From an uncultured Acidobacteriota bacterium (GTDB lineage Bacteria > Acidobacteriota > UBA6911): a stretch of DNA of 64,000 nt. Location of the stretch: contig CAVXIH010000005.1 of NCBI GenBank assembly GCA_963761825.1, positions 74,992 to 138,991 of the forward strand, given 5' to 3'. Within the stretch, counting starts at the first letter, position 1. Every line of letters starts with the position of its first letter. Below, one piece after another: positions 32,536 through 43,357 of this stretch. The notes beneath the pieces are model-generated. The model had not been told where the DNA came from, searched no databases, and was given only the letters and a program-made list of their open reading frames with translations. The position numbers and the translations under genes were made by a program.

Positions 32536-34362
32536 ATGAGGAAGATTTTGCAGGGGAATGAGGCCATCGCTCGAGGAGCATGGGAAGCGGGAGTGACGGT
32601 AGGATGCGCCTATCCCGGAACGCCCAGCAGCGAAATCCTGGCGGAATTGTCAAAATATCCGGAAGTGTACACCGAATGGTCGCCGAATGAAAAAGTCGCG
32701 GTGGAGGTTGCGCACGGCGCTTCCTTCGCAGGCGGTCGCGCCATCGCTTGCATGAAACATGTCGGCCTGAATGTGGCGGCCGATCCTTTCATGACCATTT
32801 CGTATACGGGCGTGAAGGGGGGCTTTGTCATCGTGGTGGCGGACGATCCGGGACAGCACATCTTCGCAGAACGAGCAGGACAGCCGTCACTGGACTCGAT
32901 TCGGCAAGGTGCCCATGCTCGAACCGGCGGACGCCCAGGAGTGCAGCGATTTCACGCGGATTGCCTTTGACATGAGCGAAAGGTTCGATACGCCGGTGCT
33001 GCTCCGGAGCGAGACGCGGGTTTCCCATTGCGATTCGGCCGTAGAACTGGGCGAGAGAAAGGAATCGGGACCATTCCGAAGGGACTCGACAAAAAGGACA
33101 TTCCCAAAATGGTGATGGTCCCCATGTACGCCAGAGTCCGCAGAGTCCTGGTTGAGGAAAGAATCGGCAAACTCGCCAGCCTATGCCGACGAAGAATTCC
33201 CCTACAACGTCATGGAGATCAACGATCCTTCCATCGGGTTTATTGCTTCCGGAGTCACATACCTCCATACGAAAGAAGTGTTCCCTCAGTACTCTTTCTT
33301 AAAGCTGGGCATGACGTGGCCATTGCCGAAAAAGCTGATTGCGGAATTTTTTAAGAAAGTCAAAAAGGTGATCGTGGTCGAAGAGCTGGATCCGTTCTTT
33401 GAAACGGAAATCCGCGCGATGGGATTCAAGGTGCGCCACGGCAAGGATCTCATCCCGGCGATCGGCGAGCTGACGCCGACCATCATTGAACAATCGCTTT
33501 CCAAGGCCGTGACGGGAAAGCGCATCAAGCCTGCAAAACCGGCTGCAAGCCTGGAAGAATTGCCCAAGAGGCCACCGAATCTGTGCGCCGGATGTTCGCA
33601 CCGACCGCTGTTTTGTTGCGTTGAAAAAGCTCGGCCTTTTCGTCTTCGGAGATATCGGCTGCTATGCGCTGGCGGTCTCTCCGCCTCTGTCCGCCATGCA
33701 TTTCTCGACCTGCATGGGCGCCGGAGTCGGCGGCGCCTATGGCGCAGGCAAAGTGCTCGGCAGCGAGGGACTCGGAAAGATTTGCGCCGTGCTGGGAGAC
33801 TCGACTTTTCTGCACAGCGGCATCGGTCCCTTGATGGACACGGTTTACAACGGAGGCTATTCGACAACGATTATCCTGGACAACCGGATTACCGCCATGA
33901 CCGGACAGCAGGAACACCCGGGAACAGGATATACGATAAAGGGCGATCCTGCGGATATGCGTCGATTACGCGCAACTGGCGAAAGCCGTGGGCGTCAAAA
34001 ATGTTCGCATGATCGATCCGTACAATATCAAAGAGACAATCGACGTGATCCGCGAAGAAGTGAACCGAGATGAGCCATCCGTCATCATCACACAAAACAG
34101 CCCGTGCATTCTTCTCCGCCGGGACAAACCGCGCGAACGGTTTAAGCACCCGACGTATCGCATCGATAACGACACCTGCACGGGATGCAAAATGTGCCTG
34201 AATGTGAATTGTCCCGCCATAAGCTGGGTGGAGAACCCGGGCACTTCAAAGAGCGGCAGCAAGAGAAAAGGCACATCGTTTATCAATCAGGATCAATGCG
34301 TCGGCTGCGCCGTGTGTTCCCAGACATGTGAGTTTGAAAGCATATTGCCGAATGAGCAATGA
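32536..34362 (+). CDS. iorA: Indolepyruvate:ferredoxin oxidoreductase alpha subunit, frameshifted
   Basis: GNEAIARGA, YPGTPSSE, NEKVA, KHVGLNVAADP, CAGCSHR, GDIGCY, GDSTFLHSG, two C-terminal 4Fe-4S motifs. Confidence 0.93.
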
Positions 34363-34373
34363 GGAGACGAGCA

Positions 34374-34973
34374 ATGTCCAATAATGGCAAAACCAGAAAT
34401 ATATTTCTATCGGGTGTGGGAGGACAGGGCACGATCCTCGCAAGCAATATCCTGGGCCAGGTGCTGCTCGATGCCGGGTACGACGTGAAAAAGGCGGAAG
34501 TGCACGGCATGGCGCAGCGCGGCGGCGACGTAACAACCCATTTCCGGTTTGGGGAAAAGGTATATTCGCCGCTGATCAAACAGGGGGACGTCGATTACCT
34601 CGTTTCTTTCGAACTGCTGGAAGCTCTGCGATACCTGAATTGGGTAAAGCCGGAGGGCAAAGTCATTCTCAACAATTTTTCCATACTCCCTCCCGCAGTG
34701 AACCTGGGGAAGATGGAGTATCCCAAAGATGTCGAGAAAACCTTCAAGAAACACTTTAAGGAAAACGTCTGGCTAGTGGATGGATATGAGATTGCGAAGG
34801 GCATCGGCAATACCCAGGTGGCCAATGTCGTCCTGCTCGGCGCGCTTTCCAACTTCTTCCCGGAACTAAAGCCAGAACAATGGACAGATGGGATCAGGAG
34901 CCTGCTTCCAGCCAAGCTGCATGAGATAAATGTTAAAGCGTTCGATGAGGGAAGATCCGCAATCAAGAACTAA
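34374..34973 (+). CDS. iorB: Indolepyruvate:ferredoxin oxidoreductase beta subunit
   Basis: GVGGQGTIL, EVHGMAQRGG, NVVLLGA. Confidence 0.95.
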   Translation: MSNNGKTRNIFLSGVGGQGTILASNILGQVLLDAGYDVKKAEVHGMAQRGGDVTTHFRFGEKVYSPLIKQGDVDYLVSFELLEALRYLNWVKPEGKVILNNFSILPPAVNLGKMEYPKDVEKTFKKHFKENVWLVDGYEIAKGIGNTQVANVVLLGALSNFFPELKPEQWTDGIRSLLPAKLHEINVKAFDEGRSAIKN

Positions 34974-34990
34974 CGAATCCTTAGTGCATT

Positions 34991-35104
34991 TCGCTATCGG
35001 AATCGGTATCAGAATCGCTATCGGAAATCGGGATTAAGGGTCGATGGCAACAAAACCGAATCCCGATTGCGATTCTCGATACCGATACCGATTCCGATTC
35101 CGAT
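34991..35104. repeat. Hexamer palindromic element, copy 3
   Basis: ATCGGA/ATCGGT left arm and ACCGAT/TCCGAT right arm between convergent iorB and CoA-transferase genes. Confidence 0.88.
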
Positions 35105-35127
35105 TTTTTTCGAGATGGGTTTCCTGC

Positions 35128-36479
35128 CTAAATTATCCCCTGTGCCTTTAGTTCCTTCAGCCGCGCGGGGCTGAGGTTCAGGTACTTCTGATACACCGAC
35201 TCATTCTCATACCCGACAGGCTGGCAGACCCATTTTGTTCGCAGCGGGGTCTCTGTCATTTTGTATTGCGCCTGCGCCGTAATGATGTCCCCGTAAATCG
35301 GATCCGCGACCGGCGTGAAGATCCCCCGGTCTTTCCAGTTAGGATCGTTGATGGCATCCTCCGGAGAAAGGATCGGAGCGACGACGCACGTGATCGGCGC
35401 CAGGCGACCGTGTTTGGAGTAATCCAGGGACATTTGCAGCAGCTCTTCGCTGGTATATTTTAGCGTTTCCTCGAAGACGAGAGCGGACCATTTGAGCTGC
35501 TCCGCTTCCGCTGTAAACGGAGCGACGCTGGTCCAGCTGCTCGGCGCCCCATTCATCCCATTTCCCTACCATGTCCGCAAAAGCCTGCCACATTTCCAAT
35601 CGCAGGCCGCCCAGGAAGACCGCGCCATTCTTGGTAGGAGCAAAGCAGTACAGCCATATCGCCGTGTCGAGATTTCCGAACCGCTCGTTGATGCGGCCCT
35701 TGTGCTCATACCAGAGCGCCACAAAATCATCGATGCGGGCATACGCTTCCGCTGACGCGACATCCAGCGCCTGTCCTTTGCCTGTTATCATTCTTGCATG
35801 CAGCGCCGCGAGGATTCCCATCGCCATGAACGTTCCCGACATAAACCACGCGATCCAGGGACCCGATTTCGTGGGGACGGCCCACGGGCACGCATCATAG
35901 GTCTTTCCCGGAGGAAGCCTTTCCCCCGTGTCGTAATGAAAGCCCGACATAGCCTGCGCGATGTTGTCGTAATCCGACATTTTGCTTTTGCTCATGGGCC
36001 CGAAGCCGCCAAAAGCGGTGATGGACGCAAAGATCAGCTTCGGATTGATCTCCTTCAGCTCCTCATAGCCGATCCCCCAATCGTCCATGGTTCCGGGCGC
36101 GAAGGTTTCAATGAGCACATCGGCCTGCCGCACAAGGTCCCGGAACATATCTCTCGCTTCCGGCTTTGCCAGATCGAGCGTGACGTGATGCTTGTTCCGT
36201 CCTTCCGTCAAATAATTCAGCCCTTCGCCTTTATACATGAATCCATAGGGAGTGCAGCTTCGGATGAAATCGCCCTCCGGGCGGCTCGATCCGGATCACG
36301 TTAGCGCCATGTTCGGCTAGAACCGAGGAGCAATGGCATCCGGCAAAGCTCTTGTTGCTCAGATCCAGTACGGTGATGTCATCCAGCGCTTCGGGTTTGG
36401 TATGCGCAATACCGGGATCATCTCTTTCCCTGACCCAGTTTGCCCATTCCGACCAATCCGTTCTCTTTTTACCGGCCAT
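35128..36479 (-). CDS. Family III CoA-transferase (CaiB/BaiF), second subunit lacking the catalytic Asp; frameshifted
   Basis: [46 protein letters not shown]. Confidence 0.85.
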
Positions 36480-36552
36480 CCTCAAATCCTCACATCTATG
36501 AAATTAAAAGTGCAACAAACTATACAACTGAAACGCCACCAATGCCGCGTTA

Positions 36553-36587
36553 CAGCTGACGACTGAAAGCCGACAGCTGATAGCCGA
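36553..36587. repeat. Heptamer half array just after a stop codon
   Basis: GCTGACG-ACTGAAA-GCCGACA-GCTGATA-GCCGA. Confidence 0.65.
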
Positions 36588-36591
36588 TTTT

Positions 36592-37917
36592 TTATGTCCG
36601 CAACCCCGCCTTGCCGTCCCAGTCCGGAGGCGGACGTCGTCCCTGCATGTCCTTCCACTTCCCCAACGCGCCCGCTTCATATAGCTTCCCGATTTCGTCG
36701 TCGTTCTTGCCGAGATACTTTTTCATTACGAATTCATTATCAAAGCCAACAGGCCGAACCGACCACTTGGTATGGGGCGGAGTTTCGGACATCTTCACGG
36801 GAAATTCGTAGTTATTGTATTTGCCGTACATGGGGTCGTCGACCTCGGCCCAGAAATCCCGGACACGAAAACGCTCATTCTCAACCAGATCTTTGGCGGT
36901 ATAGAGATGGCTGGCCGCAAAACCGTGCTTTTCCGCGAGGGCTTCGATCTCTTCCGCTTTTCGGGATCGCACCCATGCGGAAATTATTGCGAGGATTGCA
37001 GTCGCGTTCTCCTCTTTCAGGCGCGTCGAATGGTCTTTGAATCTTGGGTCATCCGCCAACTCCGGCTTGCCCATCGCACGGCACAGGCCGGCAAACTCTT
37101 CCGGCGCAGGCGCGGCCAATGCGACGAATGCGTCATTGCTGCAGCGGAACGTATCCGCCGGGCAGATCGAAACATCCCGATTGCCCGCCGGCTGCGGCTG
37201 TGTGCCCGTCATCTGCAGATACGGCCAGATCCAGGACATTGTCCGCATGACGTTTTCCGTCTGCGAGAATTCGATGAACTGTCCCTTGCCCGTCCTGTCG
37301 CGGTAGTGGAGCGCGGCCAGCACGGCGATTTCGGCGCACATGGCGCCATAGTTGTCACCGATATAGGCGCGCAGTTTCAGGGGTGTCTGCCCGGGAAAGC
37401 GGGACATATAAGAATATCCGGTAAGCGCCTGAGAAGCCCCGTCGTTGGAAGGCCGGTTTTCTTTGGCGTATTGGCCCCATTGTCCATATCCGTTCTTGGA
37501 TAGAAAAATAACGCCAGGGTTGATTTCGCTGATCTGCCGGTACCCGATGCCCCAGTCTTCCATGACGCCGGGCCGGAAGTTGTTTTCCACAATGTCGCAC
37601 TTGGCCGCAAGCTCACAAAACACTTTTTGTCCTTCGGGCTTGTGCAGATCAAGTCCAACCCAATATTTGTTCTGATTAATATGCAGCAGCAGCGGGCTTT
37701 GGTCCTTAAAGAACCAGCCAAAGGGATTCAATGAGCGCGTCGAATCGCCCATGGGGGGGATTTCGCACCGGATAACTTCCGCGCCCAACTGCGCCAGCAG
37801 AGCCGGTCCCATGGGCCCGAGCAGCATGGTGCACACTTCCAGCACTTTGATGCCCTTCAGCGGGGACGGTTTGGATGATTTATTTTGTATGTAATTCTTC
37901 CAGGTTTTTTCCGCCAT
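36592..37917 (-). CDS. Family III CoA-transferase (CaiB/BaiF), subunit with catalytic Asp
   Basis: PLKGIKVLE, GAEVIRCE, ENNFRPG, YIGDNYGAM. Confidence 0.92.
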   Translation of the reverse strand: MAEKTWKNYIQNKSSKPSPLKGIKVLEVCTMLLGPMGPALLAQLGAEVIRCEIPPMGDSTRSLNPFGWFFKDQSPLLLHINQNKYWVGLDLHKPEGQKVFCELAAKCDIVENNFRPGVMEDWGIGYRQISEINPGVIFLSKNGYGQWGQYAKENRPSNDGASQALTGYSYMSRFPGQTPLKLRAYIGDNYGAMCAEIAVLAALHYRDRTGKGQFIEFSQTENVMRTMSWIWPYLQMTGTQPQPAGNRDVSICPADTFRCSNDAFVALAAPAPEEFAGLCRAMGKPELADDPRFKDHSTRLKEENATAILAIISAWVRSRKAEEIEALAEKHGFAASHLYTAKDLVENERFRVRDFWAEVDDPMYGKYNNYEFPVKMSETPPHTKWSVRPVGFDNEFVMKKYLGKNDDEIGKLYEAGALGKWKDMQGRRPPPDWDGKAGLRT

Positions 37918-38231
37918 ATTGACTCTACCCTCTCACACAGGTGCGCCGCTTGAAAACGCGACACTTGTACTACATTCAGAGGCACTCGGCAAGAAATTCG
38001 GCCAATTTGGGTAGTCGGCGCCATAGCCTCGAAATTGCCCGGGATTCTATCCGAGCGACGAATTGCCGGGTGATGGCGCGGATGGATCAGCGCGCTGCGT
38101 CACCTGGAACATATGTGCGATTGCCGTCGTTCATCTATGGCTCCATGACTCCTTTCCATTGTAGAATTCCATTCAAGGGAAGGATAGCTGTTTAAATCCA
38201 GCGGAAGCGCATCGCCGCTTCCGGACAGGAG

Positions 38232-39137
38232 ATGGAAATGAAACACATTGAAGGAAAAGTCGCATTCATCACCGGCGCTGCCAATGGCGCGGGATTTGGC
38301 ATGGCCCAGGTTTTTTCGAAGAACGGCATGAAAGTGGTCATTGCGGATATCCGCCAGGATAGCCTCGACCGCGCAATGGCTCATTTCGGAAATAACCCGA
38401 ATGTGCACGCAATCCGCCTGGATGTCACCGATCGGGAGGCGTTCGCGCGCGCAGCGGACGAAACCGAGAGAGTATTCGGCAAGGTGCATGTCCTGTGCAA
38501 CAACGCGGGGATCAATCTTTTCGTACCGATCGAAGAATGCACCTACAACGATTGGGATTGGGTTATGGGCGTGAATTTCGGCGGCGTCGTCAACGGCATC
38601 CAAACCTTCATCCCGCGCATGCGAAAGCATGGCGAGGGGGGACACATCGTGAACACAGCCTCCATGGCCGCGTATCTGCCCAGCGCTGCCGCGGGCATTT
38701 ATACCGCATCCAAATACGCCGTGCGCGGGCTCAGCGAAGCGCTGCGGTGCAGCCTGTATAAGTACAACATCGGAGTTTCAGTCTTCTGCCCCGGTCTGAT
38801 CAACAGCTCGATTTATGAAAGCGAGAAAGTTCGCCCGCAACAGCTGGCATCGCCTGAAAACACCGCCAAGAGCCAGCAAACGATGGATATATTGCCGAAA
38901 ATACACAAGCTCGGGATGGGGCTTGAGGAAGTTGGGGAAAAGGTTCTCGCCGGCATACGGCGCAACGCGATGTATATTTTCAGCCACCCGGAATTCAAAG
39001 AGGAGCTGCAGGAAATATTCGACGAGGTTTTGAGCGCTCTGCCGGAAGAAGATGCGCCGGCCGAACGGCTAGGATTCGAGAAAACGCGGCGCGATAGCCT
39101 TAAAATAGCCAAAGCCGAAGCCAACAAAATCGGATAG
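38232..39137 (+). CDS. Short-chain dehydrogenase/reductase
   Basis: VAFITGAANGAG, NNAG, NTASMA, YTASK. Confidence 0.93.
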   Translation: MEMKHIEGKVAFITGAANGAGFGMAQVFSKNGMKVVIADIRQDSLDRAMAHFGNNPNVHAIRLDVTDREAFARAADETERVFGKVHVLCNNAGINLFVPIEECTYNDWDWVMGVNFGGVVNGIQTFIPRMRKHGEGGHIVNTASMAAYLPSAAAGIYTASKYAVRGLSEALRCSLYKYNIGVSVFCPGLINSSIYESEKVRPQQLASPENTAKSQQTMDILPKIHKLGMGLEEVGEKVLAGIRRNAMYIFSHPEFKEELQEIFDEVLSALPEEDAPAERLGFEKTRRDSLKIAKAEANKIG

Positions 39138-39144
39138 GGAAAAA

Positions 39145-39183
39145 GCCACAAATCACACCAATCAAATTTGTGCAATTCGTGGC
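39145..39183. repeat. Compact palindrome with roughly 9-nt-period units between convergent genes
   Basis: GCCACAAATCACACCAAT / ATTTGTGCAATTCGTGGC, abutting the stop codon of the DUF2238-like gene. Confidence 0.65.
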
Positions 39184-39923
39184 TATTTTTTCTCTATGTC
39201 GGAAGGACCAGATTCGAGCTTTCCGGCTCGAGCAGGCGATTTCAACCGCAGCCACTCCTGCAGCTTCCGCTCACCGAGCGGGCGATCGCCGCGGGGGATG
39301 CGGAAGCTTAGCCGGAATTCCTTGGCAAACTCCGGATTCAACTTCCAATTGACGAGTGCGATGATAATCATGGCCAGAAGCGCGCCTATTCCCGCCATCG
39401 CCATGTCTTTCTGCGCGTCCCAGATGTCACCCTGCGCACCCAGGAACGCAACGCCGGCCGCCGGATCCACATTCCGCGCAACCCACCATTCGATGATTTC
39501 GTACGCCGCCGAAAACGAAAGAGTCACGTCCAGAGGCAGGTAGAATCCCCAGAAACCCTTCACCTGCGAAATGCGCAGGAACACTTCGCGCATCGGATAG
39601 GCCAGCAAAAATCCGAAGCTGAAATGGACCAGCCGGTCGTACATATTGCGCTCGGCTCCGAGCCAGTTCTTCAGCGTGTCCCCGAAGGGAACCTCCGCAT
39701 ACGTGTAATGCGACCCGATCACATGCAGGATCATGAAGAGCGTAATCAGCGTATACGATGTGTCCGAAAGCTTGAAGTAGCGGCCGGAAATCAGGATGAT
39801 CGGCAGGAAAATAAATACCAGATAATTTTCCAGCAGCCAGTCATGGGGATAGGTTGGGTGTATCGCAGCCGCTATCCATACGGCGATAAAGACCAGGATC
39901 AGAGAGCACTTATAAACTGACAT
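39183..39923 (-). CDS. DUF2238 (YjdF-like) membrane protein
   Basis: DWLLEN, LHVIGSHYTYAEVPFG, RNMYDRLVHF, YEIIEW, QGDIWDAQKDM. Confidence 0.88.
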   Translation of the reverse strand: MSVYKCSLILVFIAVWIAAAIHPTYPHDWLLENYLVFIFLPIILISGRYFKLSDTSYTLITLFMILHVIGSHYTYAEVPFGDTLKNWLGAERNMYDRLVHFSFGFLLAYPMREVFLRISQVKGFWGFYLPLDVTLSFSAAYEIIEWWVARNVDPAAGVAFLGAQGDIWDAQKDMAMAGIGALLAMIIIALVNWKLNPEFAKEFRLSFRIPRGDRPLGERKLQEWLRLKSPARAGKLESGPSDIEKK

Positions 39924-40020
39924 GGCAGCGTTTCCTCCATCCAAAAAATAGGTGCGGTGAATGGTTCCGATACACGGATACAGGTTCTCTCAATTTCTAT
40001 GCGTTCCCTCACTATTTCCC

Positions 40021-40499
40021 TTATTTGTCTCTTTCTTCCTTTGCATTGCGAAGCCGGGATTCCCTCCGGCTTCGCGCTTCCCGGTTTCGCCGCTTCTCAT
40101 CCTCCGTTTCCAGAATGATCTGCGGCACCTGTGTCGGACTCCCTTTGGCATCCAGGCTACAAAAGAGAGATACGCCGAAGCCGTATGCCGGACCTCGCCC
40201 GTCATGAAATTTTCTGCTTCCACGCGCACGCCCACTTCCATCGAAGTTCTTCCTGTATAGTTCACCGAAGCCAGCAGCCTGAGGAGATCTCCCACATACA
40301 CCGGCGAGTAGAAGTCCACTCGGTCGATCGATGCCGTGACCGCGTTGGTATTCGCGTGGCGGCTGGCGACGATGCCGGCGGTGTTGTCGATATCCTTCAA
40401 TATGACTCCGCCATGAACGTTCCCAGCCAGGTTGGCGTCCTGGTGCGTCATTTGATACACGATGGTAATCGTGCTGTCTTTCACCGGCTTGGCTTGCAT
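40021..40499 (-). CDS. Acyl-CoA thioesterase (hotdog fold); frameshift near 40160
   Basis: DANLAGNVHGG, TASID, GRTSMEVGVRVEAE; the alternate frame gives the C-terminus VPQIILETEDEKRR. Confidence 0.9.
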
Positions 40500-40645
40500 T
40501 ATAAAACCCTTTCCCTGCTGAACATCTGAATGTGCATATTTCGATAGCTGCCATTGTACAAAAGCGCGGATCGTCCTGTCGCTAAATTTATCGGGAAAAT
40601 CTTGGAGGAGGAAAAAATACTGCGGATTTGCCTTCAACGCAAGAT

Positions 40646-40766
40646 ATCGGTATCGGAATCGCTATCGGTATCGCCAATCGCAATCGGAAATCGGCATTTC
40701 AATCTCAAATCAATAAAGCCGAATCCCGATAGCGATTGCGATACCGATTCCGATAGCGATACCGAC
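40646..40766. repeat. Hexamer palindromic element, copy 4
   Basis: ATCGGTATCGGAATCGCT... spacer ...CCGATAGCGATACCGAC. Confidence 0.9.
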
Positions 40767-40780
40767 GTGTGCGGTTGTGC

Positions 40781-42554
40781 CTATTTCAGGTTGAATACGA
40801 CGGTCACCATGGCCTGTGCGGCAACGGGCTCTCCATTCAAAAGCGTTGGGCTGTATTGCCATTGCTTGACGGCATCCATAGCGGCCGCCTCGAGGATCGG
40901 ATTATTTCCTTCCATAGCCCTCAATTCGTAAACAAATCCTTCCTCATTGATGACTATCGTGAGCCTGACAGTTCCCTGGATACCTCCCCGCAGTGCCTGC
41001 TCCGGATAGACGGGTTCAACTCGATGAATCAGTTTGGATTCCTGAACCATGTTGCCAATGCGGATCGGCTCCGTGCGCGGAGGCTTAATAGGATTGTCGG
41101 CGATTTGCTCTCGAGCAGGAGGAGGAACGGCAGCTTTTGGCCGCTCCGTCATCCCCCCCACAACAGATCCGGGAACAGAGGTGCGCGGCGTACTCACAGA
41201 GGGCTTTGCGTCCCCTGTTCTTTCCCAAAAGGCAGCAGTCTCTTTACTGAGAAAATAGCACGTCACGTTAGTGACAACTGAAACAGGATTGCCATTCAAA
41301 AACGTCGGGCTATAGCGCCATTGTGTTACGGCATCGAATGCAGATTTTATGAGCATCGGGTGCCCTGCCTGCGCCACTATTCTGTAGACTTGTCCTTCCT
41401 CATTAATGATAAACCCTAAGTCTGACTATTCCATTCAATCCAACGCGTTTGGCCTCTTCTGGATAAATCGGCTCGACCTTGAAAATCAGTTTTGATTCCT
41501 GAGTATCTCCGGCGACTTGGATTGGCGTTGTCTGTGGAGCTTTGATTTCGGCACTGGATCTCTGTTCCTGCGCAAGCACGGGTGCGCCCGTTAAAGGGAA
41601 CCACCCGGCAGCCAGATATACGGTCCCCAATAAAATCAAAAAAATGCTGATCATGCTGACAGCCAGTCTCGATCGGCTCATGGAAACCTCCTTTAGCAGC
41701 AGCGCCACGCGCTGCACGAGATGACTTTCTTTTAAAAACAGCGGCGCCGGAACGGCTCGCGGACGCCCCTGCGCCCGTGCAAATTCCAGCAGCGAATCCA
41801 GATATGGCTGCTTGTTGCCGGTTAATCGCACAACTTCGTAGTCGACTGCCTGCTCCCGGCTGAGTTGGATGCGGTTCAGCAACCACCACACTCCCGGATG
41901 GAACCAGAAGAGCGAGCCAACGACTTCTTCCACAACAATAAGGATCCAATCATAGCGACGCACATGCAGAAGCTCATGACAGAGGACTGCTTTCTGGCAC
42001 GGTTCGCTCAGTTTCTTGAACGACAACGGAAGAATGATTCTTGGCGAGCGGAAACCGAAAGTGACGGGACTGTCGATCTCGTCGGAAAGAAGCAGAGGAA
42101 CTCGAACACCCGTGCGCCATTGCATATCCCGGACTGAGGCGTGTTCTTCAAGAAACATGCGCGATTTGCGCTGAAAAAGGTGCAACCGCAAAAATCCGAG
42201 TATCAGCCACGCCAGCCTTAGGAGAATACCGGCTGCCAAAATAATCCCGAGAACCTCCCATGGAAATTGCATCGGCGGATTGAGACCCATCGGAACCGCA
42301 ATATGCGATGCTCTGACGGTGCCGGTTCCATTCCCGGAGATAGCCGTACCGAGGACTGGGCGATTCCAGCGCTGCAGAAAAGGCAGCGCTATGCATGCCA
42401 GCAGCAGGATTTGCCAATAAATCAGCGTTACTCGCGGAAGACGCAACCGGAAGAGATACGCCAGCAATGTCCCCGCCGCAGCCAGAATGGCGATTTGAAG
42501 GCTATACGCGATAAGATTCGAAATCCAGAAAGGAAGTGCCACAGCACCCTCCAT
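40781..42554 (-). CDS. BlaR1-like M56 peptidase fused to two TonB C-terminal domains; frameshift near 41400
   Basis: SPVTFG, CHELLH (HExxH), NPxxW-like HPGVWW, EQAVD; two TonB-C repeats ending QWRYSPTFLNG and QWQYSPTLLNG. Confidence 0.85.
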
Positions 42555-42582
42555 TGATAATTTCAGTAATCTCTACTGAAAT

Positions 42583-42610
42583 GACTGCCGACTAACGACT
42601 GCCGACTGCC
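42583..42610. repeat. Heptamer half array after the blaI stop codon
   Basis: GACTGCC-GACTAAC-GACTGCC-GACTGCC; the 18-mer GCCGACTAACGACTGCCG is identical to 6165-6182. Confidence 0.75.
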
Positions 42611-42616
42611 CGCTAT

Positions 42617-42991
42617 TCACTTCTTCTCCCGAATCATCCTGGTAACCGCTTCCAGGTCCTTTTCCGATAAGCGCCGCTCCTGAACCAGGTGCGCGAGCAA
42701 GGGCTCTGCGGATCCGTTGAATACCCGGTCCAGGAAATCTTTGACGATTTTGCGGAGAGCCCGATTCTGGGGCTCGACGGCCTGATAGACATGCGCGCGC
42801 CCTTCTGTCCGCTTTTTCAGGTGCCCTCTTGCTTCCATCGTCTTCATAGTGGTCATGACGGTCGTGTAGGCTATGGGGCGCTGCACGCGCAGCGCTTCGT
42901 ATACGTCGCGCACCGTCGCATCTCCCCGCTGCCACACTACCTTCATGATTTCTATTTGCTGTGTCGTAAGATGCAATTCTTTTGGTCTCAT
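42617..42991 (-). CDS. BlaI/MecI/CopY family repressor
   Basis: EIMKVVW, YTTVMT, RAHVY, FLDRVFNGS. Confidence 0.93.
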   Translation of the reverse strand: MRPKELHLTTQQIEIMKVVWQRGDATVRDVYEALRVQRPIAYTTVMTTMKTMEARGHLKKRTEGRAHVYQAVEPQNRALRKIVKDFLDRVFNGSAEPLLAHLVQERRLSEKDLEAVTRMIREKK

Positions 42992-43028
42992 AGTACTATT
43001 TAATAGTACTACTCTTCATATATGTCAA
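42991..43028 (-). promoter_or_regulatory. Putative BlaI-type operator and promoter at the blaI start codon
   Basis: Perfect 10-bp inverted repeat TAGTACTATT-T-AATAGTACTA (42991-43011); on the minus strand TTGACA (43028-43023), 17 nt, then TATTAA. Confidence 0.65.
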
Positions 43029-43357
43029 GAAATATTTTTCGGCTGCGCTTCTTGATGTCCTATAAAAATCCGGTCCGCATCCGGACTAGGACTGAAACCC
43101 ATCCAAATCAGGAATCACTCTCTTCATTAAGTGGATTCCGGCTTTGGCTTTATAAAATTAAGGGCTCAGAGGGCCATCTTTCTGTTAAACTTGGGTAGCA
43201 CTTGAACACGAAATCCAAAGACAAGGAACCTTTACTCCCTGCTGGAAGCGCCTTACGGCCCGCCATCAGGCTGGGCAAAGCAATAGCTTCCTGTTCTGGA
43301 ACACTGGACCATTTGCAGTAAGCAATAGAAATCGATCCGAACGGATCGGCAGGAATC

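Noticed and set aside
39945-40020. AAATAG-containing motifs resembling the ends of the 22.9-24.4 kb element
   Set aside because: Similarity is limited to about 8 nt and I found no proper inverted pair; too weak to call.
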